Shown here: piece after piece, positions 45,531-59,079 of the stretch
Numbering within the stretch: position 1 is the first letter of the stretch
Layout: each line of letters starts with the position of its first letter
Source: Nymphaea colorata
Lineage: Eukaryota
Direction of reading: 5' to 3'
DNA length: 64,000 bases
NCBI RefSeq assembly: GCF_008831285.2
Contig: NC_045138.2
Location: forward strand, 23,250,001 to 23,314,000
The notes under the pieces: generated by a model
The model's database searches: none
Seen by the model: only the letters and a program-made list of their open reading frames with translations
Told to the model about the DNA's origin: nothing
Program-made: the position numbers and the translations under genes

Positions 45531-48500
45531 ATGGGGCATATTAAACAGCAAGGGCAGGCAAGCACTTCATCCATAGCCAACCACATAGGGACGGCGTCGG
45601 AGACGGAAAGGACGTCGTGCCTTTCGTTTCTCGGAGCCGGATTGCAGGCGGTGTGCTGCGGAGGAGGGAGCAAGAGAAAGAAGAAGCAGAGGACGAAGAT
45701 GAGGAATATCAGAGTGGAGGCAGTGGTGGTGCTGCAGATGAAGAACGTGCTCGATTTCAACGACATGCTGGGCCACCGCGTCTCCCTCCAGCTCGTCAGC
45801 GCCGTCCAGGCCGATCCCGGTGAGCTCTTCCCTCCCCTTCTTCTTCCTTCTTCTAAATTTCCTCTCCCGTCTCTGTTCATTTCTATGCCTCATCTTTTCG
45901 CCATTCCTTCTCTTTAAGTAATTCTTTCATTTCATTGTTCTGGCCTTTTGCCTCGCGTCTGGGATCATTTTCGCTTTTAGTGTTCTCGAGTTTCCTTCTT
46001 CGTCTTAAACTCTGTTGGCCCTTGCTTTCACTTCTGCGTTCTGCTTGTCTTCCTGATTTACATTTATGTAAATGAGAAATGGAGGACCGATTTTCCAGAG
46101 ACAGAGATAGAGAAAAGAAAGAACATCTATATGACACCGGTCGTCTGCAGTTGGTGTTTTCCTCTAGATAAACTATTTTCTGGTCTCTTAGACTTCAAAT
46201 ATTTACTCCTTTTTACAGAGCGGAAGGGAGAGAGTGAGGGGGCTGTGGATGAATGGCAGACATGGATGCTGGTGCATTGGAATTATATGAAGCCATAAAT
46301 GCTGGCTTCCTCATTTGCCCGTTCATGGCAGCTACATACTATTCTTCTCTCTCTCCCTCTGTTTCTCCACTTTGCCTTATACACAATGCATTTCAAAGAC
46401 CAGCCTGATGCCCACGTGAGGAAAATTATTCCTGCTTGTCTTTTCGTTATCGGAACTTTCTTCCATGGCATTCGAAGGGGCACCTCCTCTGCCCTTTCAC
46501 AACTTTATCCTCACACCATCCACTAGTAAGTAGCGGCCACGAAATAGACGACACACCTTTTTGACATTTTTTTTTTGGAAGAAAGAGAACTTGAACTATA
46601 AGAGAACCTCTCTTAATTTTTTTTTATTAAGTTTAAGTTTGAAGTTGCATAAAAATGTTTTTATGTATTTTGAAAGAGAAATTGATGCTACATGTTAAAA
46701 ACAATGAATTTAAGGTTCGATTGGAAAAAAAAAGATGCTTTTCTGCATTTTAAGTGTTTTAAAGATTAGGGAAAGATGACATTAGTGGTGATGTGCGCTT
46801 GGCTATTTATAACCTTCCAAAAGCCTGCTTTTACAGACAAGTTTCTGGGAACCGTTGGCTCTTTAAATGCAACCTGAACGTTCCCTTGAATGCCTGACAG
46901 TAGGTCATTCAGTGGTCCTTTTCATTAGAAAAATGATCATGAAGGCATTTGATAGGATAGGACTCCCACGAAACCCCTATTAAGATTGGTAACTTTCCCT
47001 TTTGTGAAGGGCAATTATGTTTTTTTAAAAAAAGGTTTTCTCATTTAGTTGGCTGACACGACGAATCGCTTGAAATTGCCACGAGTCAAGGTTGGTCCAG
47101 TTGGCCCTTGACTCAGCCATACTCGCGCTGACTTGGCCGAACTCAGCATGACTCCACCTTGGTTCGTCTTGATTTGCCCGATTCATGTTCTTTTTTTAAA
47201 CTCAACCCACTTTTGACCCAGTGGCCCCGTCATCAGCTGATTCAAGTTCGAATCACGACCGACCATGCTATTTGACACTTTCAAAGTTGGTGGAAAGAAG
47301 AGCCGTCATTGGGGAGGGGGAAGAAAAGAGACGTGGAAGAACTTATTCCTCCAAGTTCCGTGGTCGACTTTTTCCTACACTTAAAAATTAAGGTACTGTT
47401 TGGATTACATCCTTTTGAAAAAAAATGTTTTCTGAAAACCATGTTTAAAAAAAATGTAATTTTTTAAGTAGCTTTTAATAACTCGCTTGGGTGTTTGGGT
47501 GGCTTGTCAAAAGCATATTGTGCCTGAAAAAAATATGTAAGGCCATTATTTTTAGGCCTTTTGTTAAAATTGAGTTTTGTCAAAACTGGGTTTTTGAGAG
47601 TCCTGTTTTGCCTCCAAAACCCAGTTTTGGTCTGTAAATCCAAACAGCCCCCAAGACTTGTGAGAAACACTTGTGAGAAACAGGTAGAAGTACTCTACAC
47701 ACACACGTATGTGTGTGTGTATATATATATATATAACTATTAGTTTTCAACTCTATAGGTCCCCTTGTTTTTGTTCTTTTCCAACACTTGGGGAGATCAA
47801 CTTAACTGCCTACTTACAAACCCAAGCATGTTTTGTTTAAACATTCAAAACATAGGCAGGTTTTTTTGAAACATGTACACTAGAAGCCATTAGTACACAC
47901 TAATGATCTCATCTCAATCTTTCTTTTGTTTTTGTTTTTTTTTTTTTTTTTTGGTATTTGGTGAACCGAAAAAAATGTTTGTAAACTAACGTCATAGAAG
48001 TACATTATTATTATGTTGTCATAGTGGCAGCTCACATTTTTGGCCTCCAACTGTACATTTAATGGCCGTTGTATGAACTTTCAACAAAATTATGATGATT
48101 GTGGGGGCTACTTTACTTTAAGTTTATAAGCTACCCATACCGTGACATTCATTAAATCAACTTCTCAAATATTGACAAAACCATGTGTCATCTTTCAAAA
48201 ATTTAAATTTTCAATGACATGCTCAAATTTAAGACAAGTATTGAAAATGTACGTGCTTCAAAGTTTTGATCAGTTATAACACTACAGTAATAGATAGAAT
48301 GAGGCAAGTGTATGACTGTGGCCCTACCGTATCAAAAATTCAATGCTTTTATATGTTTAATATCAAATTATTCTCGACAGCGTAACCTTGTTTACTGTAT
48401 AAATTACTTTATGAAATACATGTATTCAAGATTTGTGTACATATATAACATGGGAATTGGTTTATATTTAAAAGTTTCGGTCACAACAAAATATGTTTTT

Positions 48501-51500
48501 TTGACATTGTTGCTTAGAAATATTTGATTGTTTAAAAGAATTGAAGTTATCTCCTCCAACCAATTATATCGTTTGTATTTTATAATAAAATAGACAAAAC
48601 CAACTTTTACCGACGGCATTTCGGAAAATCAATCTAAAGGAAGGACAACGTCCTCATCAAGCTTGATTGTTGTTTGCCCGAAGGATGAAACACCTTTAAA
48701 TTTCACGGTTTTGTGCTAATTCCAATGTGCGCCATTTATTTTATTGATTGGACACTCTGTTTGATGTCCCGACTTTGTCGGAGGAAACTCATCCATTGGC
48801 GGGACCCTCTTTCGTCTGGTCGCGGCTTGGAATCGGCCTCATTTAGTGAGGATTGGTGTTTATCGGAGCGTTTGGTGGCCAATCGTTTCTGAGAAATTTC
48901 ACCGTTCACTTTCTCTCGCTTTTAAGGTTTATATCTGTGTAGGTACAAAGTGGAGAGATTTACAAGTACTTCAACTTACACATAGAACTCACTTTCTACA
49001 TTAGACACTCTAAATTGAACTCACTTTCTACATTAGACACTCTAAATTCGGCTGTTGTCTTTCTTACGGATCCCTGTAAGGGAGAACCGGTCATTTTCCA
49101 ACAGTCTCTTTTTCACACCGAACACCCCATAAGTGGCTAATTATATGCTAACATGGATGTTAAGTAACTAAGGTAACCGGTCCTGACATGTTTGCAGAGA
49201 ACGAAACGCGGCCGAGAGTCGGGGAGCCGGCATTCTTGGAGGATTGGCCAAAGCTTCCGGCAGCAGTTGCCGTCCGCGATACCACATTCAAGGTGGAGTT
49301 TTACTTGGACGAGGAGTTTGGCACGCCCGGAGCATTCATCATCAGGAACCTTCATAAGAGCGAGTTTTATCTCAAGACGATGACGCTCCAGAACGTGCCC
49401 GGTAAAGGGAAGGTTCACTTCGCCTGCTACTCCTGGGTCTATCCTGCCGACAAATACAAGTACGACCGTGTTTTCTTCGCCAACCAGGTATGGGATTGTT
49501 TGTCTTCAACATATAAATCTTGGACCTGAATTTGTTTTTGAAACCTGAGTTTAAATCCAAACAGTTCTGGACGTCCTAGCATGAGAGCTTAAACTCAACG
49601 ACGGAACCAAAAAAAAAAAAAAACATTTGAATGAGGGATACTAATACCTTAGATTGCAATTTTTAAGAGGCAGTCGCTATGTCAAGAAGTAAAAGATACG
49701 AGGTTCTAAATTCTAATATATGAAAAAATAATTTATGAGGAGACTGGTGTGGGCAGTTGCCTGCACACCAACATCCATTTGTTTGTGTCACTCTTTCACA
49801 TGCAGGTGGCTTTTTACTGCCCAAAAAAAAACCAAAGTCGATATTTCTTATCTCTAAAAACACAAAGCTAGGCCTGGGCGTCAGGCCGGGCCGCCAGCGG
49901 GTACCTGGTACCCGGCCCGATCGGGCCCGGGTCCGGGCCAGGAAAACAAGGTCTGGGCCAGATGACGCAGCCTGGGTCGGCCCGGCCCGGCCTGATCCGG
50001 CCCGCTTCCGCTCCCCCTTTTGTGTCTTCGACTTTGACGGCGACAGCGACTCTGACGCTGGACGACTGCCGGAGGATCATCCACAGCATCGACTCAGATG
50101 GCGACAGCAACTCTGACACTGGACGACTACCAGAGGATCATCCACAGCGTCGACTCGGACGGCTTCGTTGGGTTCGACTCGACGGATGACAAGTGCGGCC
50201 GTCGGATGAAGGCTCAAACAAGCCGGGCCTGGGCCCGTGTTTCGGGCCCGACAGGCCGACCCGGGCCGGGTCTTATCAGGCCCGGCCGGCCGGCCCGATA
50301 CCCACCCCTACACAACCTGCTTTTGATGTTTGAAGTTAGCTTAAAATGTCACCTTCCATTCCAGATATTCGATGGATGGAAAAACTCAGTCTAGACAACC
50401 GCGTATGTCCAATTTTTAAGTTTGGAAAGTGCCATCCCCCTTTGGTACCACCTTGAGCGTCCTTTCTTTCATCTACACAATGATAAAGAGAGAGCTAATC
50501 ACATCAGCCCTGTTTGGTTCGACGCCAAGCTAATGGGGAAAAGACCCATGACAAGTGCCCGTGATTGTGGTTATCTCCCTCTTTTTCGCCTTTTGTTTCT
50601 GCTTTTTTCTGTTTAGTCATGGGAATTCTATGTCATCATGTATCCTCCACTTTTGAGACCTAAGGGAGTAACATTTATAGGAATTAAACATGACCTTCGC
50701 CTTGATCAGTTACACTACACCCATTGAGGCAAAAATGGTAGTAGCTATTGTTTTCCCATTGAGGCAAAAATGGTAGTAGCTATTGTTTTTGTAAGGCTGC
50801 TTCCATAAGTCAGTTCATGGCCAGACTATACAAAAGAAATGAACAAACATTTTCTGACGAGGCTTCGGCTGCCAAAAATTTTACTGGTCTAACCAGCACA
50901 GCATAGTTAGATCAAGACTTAGATCCATAGATGCATCCATTGGAGATATGGATTCTGGTTGTACCATGTATATTACCTGGTTTCCATATTCAAATTGGGA
51001 TCATAACCACGATATTGGCCTTGCATGTGGCCTACTTTTTTTATGATATCAACATCAGGATCCATCCAAAAATACAGTTCAGTTCCGAAAAGGGGTCGAC
51101 AAGAAACATGTTATGAGTCCGATGTGTACATTGTATGAGCAATTGCTCATAATAAACCCACAAAAATTCTCATTTACATATTTAATGTTTAAAAAAAAAT
51201 CATTTACATATTGGTACCAATTAAACATTTAAAATTTTTATAAATAGTGCCCTTTAACCAGAAATTTTATGGCTCTGCCTTTCTGTGCAGTCAATGCAGA
51301 CTCGATCAGGTTCAAGTGGATGAGATCCAAAATGAATCGGAGAACTATAGATCAATCCCAAACCTTAATAAGTTCATAGGGTGTGACTGTTAAGTTTGAG
51401 GCTTCAATCTCATTGTGGTCATGATTGCAGAGCTATCTCCCAAGCGAGACGCCAGCCCCATTGAAGACGTTGAGGGAGACAGAACTGATGCACCTGAGAG

Positions 51501-54500
51501 GAGATGGCATGGGCGAGCTTCAGAAATGGGACCGGGTCTACGACTACGCGTTCTATAATGACCTCGGCGATCCGGACAAGGGGGAGGACAAAGCCCGACC
51601 CATTCTTGGTGGGTCCGTGGAGTATCCGTACCCGCGGAGAGGAAGAACGGGCCGCCCGCCCACTCAGTCTGGTACGTACCTTTCCTTGAGCCTTTTGGAT
51701 ATCCAGAACGGCCACGTTCATCTTCCCGCAAAAGCTGCAGTAGAAATCATGTCCAGCACGACTAAGCTCGTGCATTTCATTATTAAGTTGCTTGCTTTTC
51801 CATGACAAGGACATGCTCATTACAAGGAAAAGTTAGAAATTTTTATAAGAAATCGAATTAAAGTTTTTAAATTTTGACTAGGGTCAAATATCATTTTTTA
51901 AAATTTGTATATAAAACAAGTAAATTTTTTTAAAATGTATATATATATATATTTTTTTAAATTGAGGTGAGCCCGAGCCCATTCCGGCCCTACCATATCT
52001 CTACCCCCACTCATTATATCATCATACATTAGAGAACAAGCAAATTACTACTCCAGCTTATGTGAACAATTTTTTGGTATCATATTGCCTGCATTTCTAA
52101 AGTTTTACAAATGCCTTGTGCATTCTTGTATTTTAGAAAAATTTTGATTCAAAATTATGTAAGGCTTGCAACATTGGGTTTTAAAGGAGCATTCAGCATA
52201 GAGTCTGGACATGTGTTAGGGTTGCACACAAGCTGACTCGAGCTTGAGTTGGGCCAGCTCAAACTCAACTCAACTCTAAAACTCGAGCTCAAGCTAACTC
52301 CACAAAACCAGCTCGAGCTCCACTTAACGATGCAAGGTCGAGCTCAAAATCTACTTGCTTAACTCGTTTAATTTGTTTATGTTAAAAGTTGTTTTGTTTC
52401 TTTTAGCTCATTAACTTGTTTAGTTGCTACTCGTTTAACGATACTTTGTATTTCTGCATTCATTATGTACTCAAGCTGAGTCAAATTTAAACAAGTCGAG
52501 TTCCTTACAACTCGACCTCAACTCGTCGAGCATCCATTGAACTCAAGCTCACCTTGTTTATAAACAAGTTGAGCCAGCTCTCATTGTGCAGCCCTACATG
52601 TGTGTGTCGGAAAGAGAGAGAGAGAGAGAGAGAGAGAGTTGAAGGGATCATTCAATACAACAATTTGTGCCAGTAAATGAAGCACCATGATGAGTTTATC
52701 GCCCATTCAGCATGAAAGGAAATTATACACCAAATTGTGTGAGAAATGGTTTTCTAGAAGATTAAGCTGTTAACATCTTTTAATGTCTATAACAGATCCA
52801 AAAACAGAGAGCAGATTGTCTGTGTTGAACTGCCTCGACATTTATGTTCCACGAGACGAGCGATTTGGGCAACGGAAAATGTCCGATTTTCTTGCATCTG
52901 CTTCGAAATCCATAGTGCAGATCCTGGTTCCTGAATCGAAAGCCCTTTTTGACAAGACTCCCGACGAGTTCGACACGTTCCAAGATGTTTTCAATCTTTA
53001 TGAAGGAGGCATCAAGCTGCCGGATTCCCCTGCTCTTAACAAAGTTAAGGACATGATTCCATTGGAGATGATCAAGGAGCTGGTTCGCAGTGACGGGGAA
53101 CAGCTCCTCAAGTTCCCCATGCCTCGAGTGATTAAGCGTACGAAAATTAAGCTCAACACGCTAAGTTTAATTTATGGATGTTCCTCCCTTTGAATATCAT
53201 AGTTTCTCATAATTCACTACATTGCTGGACATATAGATGACAAGAGTGCATGGAGGACCGATGAAGAGTTTGCGAGAGAGATGCTTGCCGGAATTAATCC
53301 GGTTGTTATTAGTCTTCTTGAGGTAAACAATTTGTATTCAGTTAGCTGATCCTAGACTCTTTAAGCGGTTGTTTGGCAGCAACTACACTTTATAAGTGTT
53401 TCATGAATCTGACTTGTAGATTCGTAAAATGTATTTCATGAATTTATCCGACAGATTCATGGAACACTCACATAATGGTGTTTGTCCTTTAATTGTCCAG
53501 CCATGATCATTTTTGTATAGCTTCACACGTTTCTATGGCATTTCCAGTCCAGTACACATGAGATCTCCTTCAGTGTCTCGTAAATAATACCCTCAAGAGC
53601 AGCAAAACAGGGTTTCGCATACAGAAGTTCTATCACAGAAATACACGAATCGTGGCCTATAAAAGATTCTCATTCTGTTTCCTTTTGACCCGCATTTGTT
53701 GGTTCTTTTGTGGGTTTAGAAACAAAATTAATTTTCATTTCTTTTTTGTTCATCAGGAATTCCCTCCAAAAAGCAAGCTTGATCCAGCAATTTATGGCCC
53801 ACAAATAAGCACGATAACAGCAGAACACATAGAGAAGTTCCGACAAGGTTTGACAGTTGAAGAGGTACTACAGAAACTCTAAGGTTCCCACTTCATTAAG
53901 CTTAACTGTTCAAGAACTACTTAGTCACCATATTCACCATGGAAAAACAAGACCTTATTCTAATGGAATTTGTAGTTAGCCTCTTGATCAGTTTTTGGAG
54001 CTTGTGGAGAAGAAGATCTGTACTTTATTACCATGCACAAGGCATACAAAACATAGCTAATCACTTAATTCTAAATGAAAAAAATACATTGACTATGGTA
54101 GTAATGTTTCCATACATTTTTCTTTCGTTAGGCCTTGAACAAGCACAGGCTTTTCATCCTGGATCACTATGATGCAATCATGCCTTATGTTAACCGAATC
54201 AACACCACAGGCAACAAGATCTATGCTTCAAGAACGCTGCTCTTCCTCAAGGATGATGGCACGTTGACACCCTTGGCTATTGAGCTCTGCTTGCCAAACC
54301 ATGAAGGCCAAGACCATGGTGCAGTCAGGAAGGTTTATACTCCAGCAGATTATGGGGTTGAAGCCTCTCTCTGGGATCTTGCAAAAGCGTATGCTGCTGT
54401 TAATGATGCAGGACACCATCAACTGATAAGTCACTGGTAATTGCCTCACTCTGTCCTTGAATTAATGTTTTTGCATGGCCACATGCAAACACATATTTGC

Positions 54501-55835
54501 CTTCAAGAAAATGCCACATGCATGGGCACATGTTTACTTGCAGAATTATGCTTGGATTAATGGAAATTACCACCTAATGAAACAGCTAAAACAAAATGCA
54601 GGCTGAACACACATGCAACAATGGAGCCATTTGTGATTGCAACCAATAGGCAATTGAGCGTGATGCATCCGATCTACAAGCTCCTCCAGCCTCATCTCCG
54701 GGACACCATGTACATCAATGCCGTTGGGAGGCAGATCCTCCTCAATGCCGGTGGCGTGATTGAAAAGACCGTCTTCCCCGCCAGATATGCCATGGAGATG
54801 TCTTCTGTGGTTTACAAGAGCTGGAACTTCACAGAGCAGGGCCTCCCTGCTGATCTTCTCAAAAGGTATGAATAAGAGAAACAGAGAATGGGATTAGATG
54901 CATTTACAGATTTGTTCTATATGCAACCACATTACTTGACAATAAGAACAATTTGTAATTGTTTTATGAATATGTGTTAAAGATTGAAGCAAATTCATGA
55001 AACACTTTCTAATTTGGAACAGATTCAAGTATAATACTTTCTCATATTCTCTTGTTTGTGCAGGGGAATCGCAGTGCAAGATTCAAGTAAGCCTCATGGT
55101 CTCCGCCTATTGATCGAGGACTACCCATATGCAGTGGACGGCCTGGAAATATGGTTTGCAATCCGGGACTGGGTCCATAACTATTGTTCCATCTACTACA
55201 AATCAGACCATGTCATTCAGTCCGATACAGAGCTCCAGGCATGGTGGCATGAGGTCCGATACGTTGCACATGGTGACAAAAAGCACGAACCCTGGTGGCC
55301 CAAGATGCAAAACCTACATGAGCTCGTCGAGTCATTGACCACCATCATCTGGGTCGCGTCGGCACTTCATGCTGCGCTCAACTTTGGCCAGTACCCATAT
55401 GCCGGGTTCCTCCCGAACCGACCAACATTGAGCCGGCGGTTCATGCCCGAGCCCGGGACGAAGGAATATGCCGAGTTGGAAAAGGACCCCGAGTCAGTCT
55501 TCTTGAAGACCATCACTGCCCAGATGCAAACTCTGCTGGGGATCTCAGTGATTGAGATCTTGTCCAGGCATTCGTCGGACGAGGTCTACCTTGGCCAGAA
55601 CATTGACAAGGAGTGGAGTGGTGATGAGGAGGCGCTGTTCGCCTTCGGCCAGTTTGGGGACCGACTCGTGGATATTGAAAATTGGATAAAGCAGATGAAC
55701 GGTGAATCGGATAAGTGGAAGAATCGAAACGGACCGGTACATATTCCCTACACCCTCCTATACCCAAACACATCTGATTTATCTGGGGTTGGAGGATTGA
55801 CTGGAAAAGGGATCCCCAACAGTACCTCCATTTAG
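45531..55835 (+). CDS. LOX5: Lipoxygenase, LOX5-like, copy C (complete, 9 exons, 898 aa)
   Basis: Exons 45531-45819, 49198-49487, 51431-51671, 52796-53137, 53237-53322, 53757-53864, 54132-54436, 54602-54865, 55064-55835. Sum is 2697 nt, in frame, all GT-AG. Motifs [27 protein letters not shown]. 33-nt in-frame deletion in exon 1 relative to B. Confidence 0.95.
47391..47652. mobile_element. PIF/Harbinger Tourist-like MITE in intron 1 of C (partial homolog in B ~11400-11632)
   Basis: Ends GGTACTGTTTGG / CCAAACAGCCC; TAA at the left flank in C and at the right flank in B. Confidence 0.6.
49869..50310. mobile_element. GC-rich hAT-type non-autonomous element in intron 2 of copy C
   Basis: Ends TAGGCCTGGGC / ACCCACCCCTA; GGCCCG subterminal arrays; partial TSD (cacaa on both sides); absent from B intron 2 (~13155); internal 60-bp tandem duplication. 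Confidence 0.85.
52217..52596. mobile_element. hAT-type MITE in intron 3 of copy C
   Basis: TIRs TAGGGTTGCACA / TGTGCAGCCCTA; ACATGTGT on both flanks (52209-52216, 52596-52603). Confidence 0.85.
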
Positions 55836-56224
55836 ACAATGCATCCAACTCTACACTTTTTGGTGTGTAATTTGGTTAAAGGTTATGTGTCCCTTAAAAA
55901 CATGGTTCATGGCTTCGTGTATTTATGATTGTATTATATTGTAATAAAGGGTGTGCACAGACCAGCAGAGAATAGAGCAGAAAGTTTTGCATTCACTTGT
56001 GTTATTGATGTAAGTGTTCTCCCAATTCAAGTGGTCATTGTATTTTAGGTTTTCTTTGTCTTCAATAAAACGATCAATTCCATTATTTGTGCACGAAAAC
56101 CATGTCGGGCTGTAAAATTTGCAGTCCATTACATGGATGCTGGGAGAAGTAGTGGTTTTAGTTTTTGGATTCTGGATTTTGTATGTACACTAAGAGATCC
56201 AATAAAAGAAAGAATTTATAACTA

Positions 56225-56228
<4 letters not shown>

Positions 56229-56292
<64 letters not shown>

Positions 56293-56296
56293 CTAA

Positions 56297-56332
<36 letters not shown>
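56229..56332. repeat. Compound (TA)n/(GA)n/(TA)n microsatellite
   Basis: Direct reading. Confidence 0.9.
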
Positions 56333-56335
<3 letters not shown>

Positions 56336-56659
56336 TAATACATGCAACGCGTTTGGCTTAATTGAAGAGCTTTCTTGTACCACGAGTAGAGATGTCAATA
56401 TATCCAATAGGATATGAAAAAAAAAAGTTAATATCCGATCGGATTTACTTTTACACAAATATTATACTTCTAATGCTCTTAGCAAAATTCAGTTCAAAAT
56501 TTGGGTTTGGATTCTAATATGAATATGAAAATCAGATTCGGATTGGATTCAGATTGTAAATTCGGTTTTCAGATTTGGAATCAGATATGTTGGAAATTGA
56601 AAACCAAATATAATTCAAGTAAAATTGATTTCAAAATTGACTTGAAATTTAATATGGAT

Positions 56660-58054
56660 TTGCCACAACATGTTGAATGTAGTTCAGTTCCTAAGGAAGT
56701 GTGCAAACTGAGAAAGTCTCTCTATGGGCTGAAGAGGTCCCCTAGAGCATGGAATGCCAAACTTAGTCAAAAATTAAAAGAAACTGAACAATATACATGG
56801 TGCTTCAAATCACTCGTTGTTCACTCACATTTCAAACCAAAGAAGAACCAGCGTAGTTATAGTGTATGTTGATGACACATACTATTAGAAGGTGATGATG
56901 AAAGGTTTACAGAATCCACAAAGAAAGCTCTCAACAATCAGTTTGAGATCAAAGATTTAGGGAGCTTGTGTTATTTTTTAGGAATAGAAGTCACTCAATC
57001 ATCCAAGGGAATTTTATTTGTCAACACCAATATCTACTTGACTTACTAAAAGAAACAGAGATGTTAAATGCAAAACAAGCAGAGACACCAATGGAAACGA
57101 ACATAAAACATGAAGGATGAAGGAGAGCTAGTTAAAGACACAAGGAGTTTTCAGCGACTTATTGGAAAAATCAACTACCAAACTGCCACAAGGCCTGATA
57201 TTCTTTATGCTATAAATACCTTGAGCCAGTTCATGCATTATCCAACAAAACAACATTTAGAGGCACTACATAGAATAGTGAGATATCTTAAAGGAATGCC
57301 TAATAGGGGAATTCTTATGAGGAAGAGATGGAGGTCTGAATGTTACAAGTTATTCAAATGCTGATTGGGCTAGAGATCCCAACTATAGAAAATCAATCGC
57401 TGGATATTATAGCTTCATAGGAAAAAAACTTAGTAACCTGGAAAAGTAAAAAACAACAAGTTGTAGCTAGGTCAAGTGTGGAGGCCGAGTACAGGGCCAT
57501 GTCATTAGCTACGTGTGAATTGTTGTGGACCAAATATGTCTTTACTGATCTTGGTGTCAGGGTAGATGAAGCAATGGAGCTCAAGTATGACAACAAAGCT
57601 GCAATGTACATCAGTGCTAATCCAGTATTTCACGAAAGAACAAAACATATAGAAGTAGATTGTCATTTCATTAAAGAGAAAGTCCAAAAAAGCAAAATAA
57701 AACCTGTGTTCGTTAGAAGTGGAGAGCAACTAGCTGATGTATCCACAAAACTCCTATGCAAAGACAGTTTCAATAGAATTATAAACAAGCTGGGAACTTT
57801 AGAATTAGGATCCCCAACTTAAGGGGGAGTGTTAGAGTGTGAGATAGTTAGAACTCTGGTTGTGTTCAAAGATTATTACAAGAAGTGTAACAGTTCACCC
57901 TCCTAACGAATTATACAGCTGTAGTGTAGCAAAATTGTGTCAATTGTGTATAAATGGCTTGATGTAAAGAAAAAACTTAAAGTGAATAAGAATAGAATTG
58001 AAAGTTTTCTCTAACTCTGTTACTTGATTATGCATCTACCCCTTGTCTTCTACA
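56660..58054 (+). mobile_element. 5'-truncated Ty1/copia (Ale/Retrofit-like) retrotransposon: RT-RNase H remnant, PPT and 3' LTR
   Basis: Motifs VCKLRKSLYGLKRSPRAW, VYVDD, FEIKDLG, TRPDI, KKQQVVARSSVEAEYRAM, NPVFHERTKHIEVDCHF, QLADVSTK. PPT AAGGGGGAG at 57821-57829; LTR TGTTAG (57830) to TCTACA (~58054); frameshifted. Confidence 0.9.
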
Positions 58055-58269
58055 GATTTCTGCAATTCCTCACAGGTGCTTTGGTTTTGACATAACGAAC
58101 TTGTTCCCCATCAGGCCATGCCCTTGTGTAGTGAAAGAAACAAAGACCATAAGAACAAGGAAACATAGAGAAAATAAATGGGGGATAATCATGAAAACAT
58201 AAAAGGAAAATATACTTGATGCTTTCCGGATGTCGTTGTGGTGTCGTCGCATGCCGAGGAGAAAACAAT

Positions 58270-59075
58270 TTACTGCATTATGTACAAAACCTTATCACAT
58301 TCTGCAAATACATATCTGAGAAGACATAGATAATCTGCGTAGGATAGTGTAGTAGCTTTGCAATCTAACAATCTTTCATCTACCTTTTCAATTAAGAGAT
58401 TACACCACTCCTCCTTTAGGCATCCACAAAAAAAGGAAGACCAATGTATGTAGTTGGAAGATTGCCTATCTACTAGCTAAGGATTGTCTCAAGAGAATAT
58501 GTTTGTCTACTATTCTTTGAAAGTGTAGATCAAGGATTTAAATGGATTAACCATCGGTCCAGCAAGATCCTGCAACAATTTCCAAAATGAAGGTACTATC
58601 CACCTTGCTAAAAAATTGAATATCATCCATAAAGCTAAGAGGCTAGGAACCCTAGGATCTAAGAGACATTAATCTGATTAAGATCCACTATCATCTTAGC
58701 ATTGCTCAAGAAGATTTCCATTATAAATGACCAAACAAGCAGGGAAATTGAGTTTTCTATATAACTCCTTACATGGGACCAGAATATTTTACTTGAATTC
58801 AGTTGATCATAACAACAGTTGAGGCAAAAGCACACATGACATGACTTTGACTATTCATGCTTCATAGAGTCTTAACTTCCTCGCTTAGCTACAAAAAAAC
58901 TCCACGCCTAATCTAGCTCAAGAATTAGCTGAATCCAATTTCAAGTAACAAAAAGGTTTGCTAGCCCTTGCAGCGAATGGACAATCTCATACAAAAAAAA
59001 AACACTTATATTGTCATAAAAAGTTTGATATGGAATAAAAAGCTATTATCTCCCCATATTAATCCAGAAGACTGG
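58270..59075 (-). mobile_element. Degenerate LINE (L1-type) ORF2 reverse-transcriptase fragment
   Basis: Minus-strand translation gives LSFMDDIQFFS (FADD-like, ~58600-58640) and GNLPTTYIGLPF...LIEKVDERL...TLSYA (~58330-58465), matching the plant LINE LPxxYLGLPL...LSYAGR pattern. Confidence 0.7.
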
Positions 59076-59079
59076 ATTT

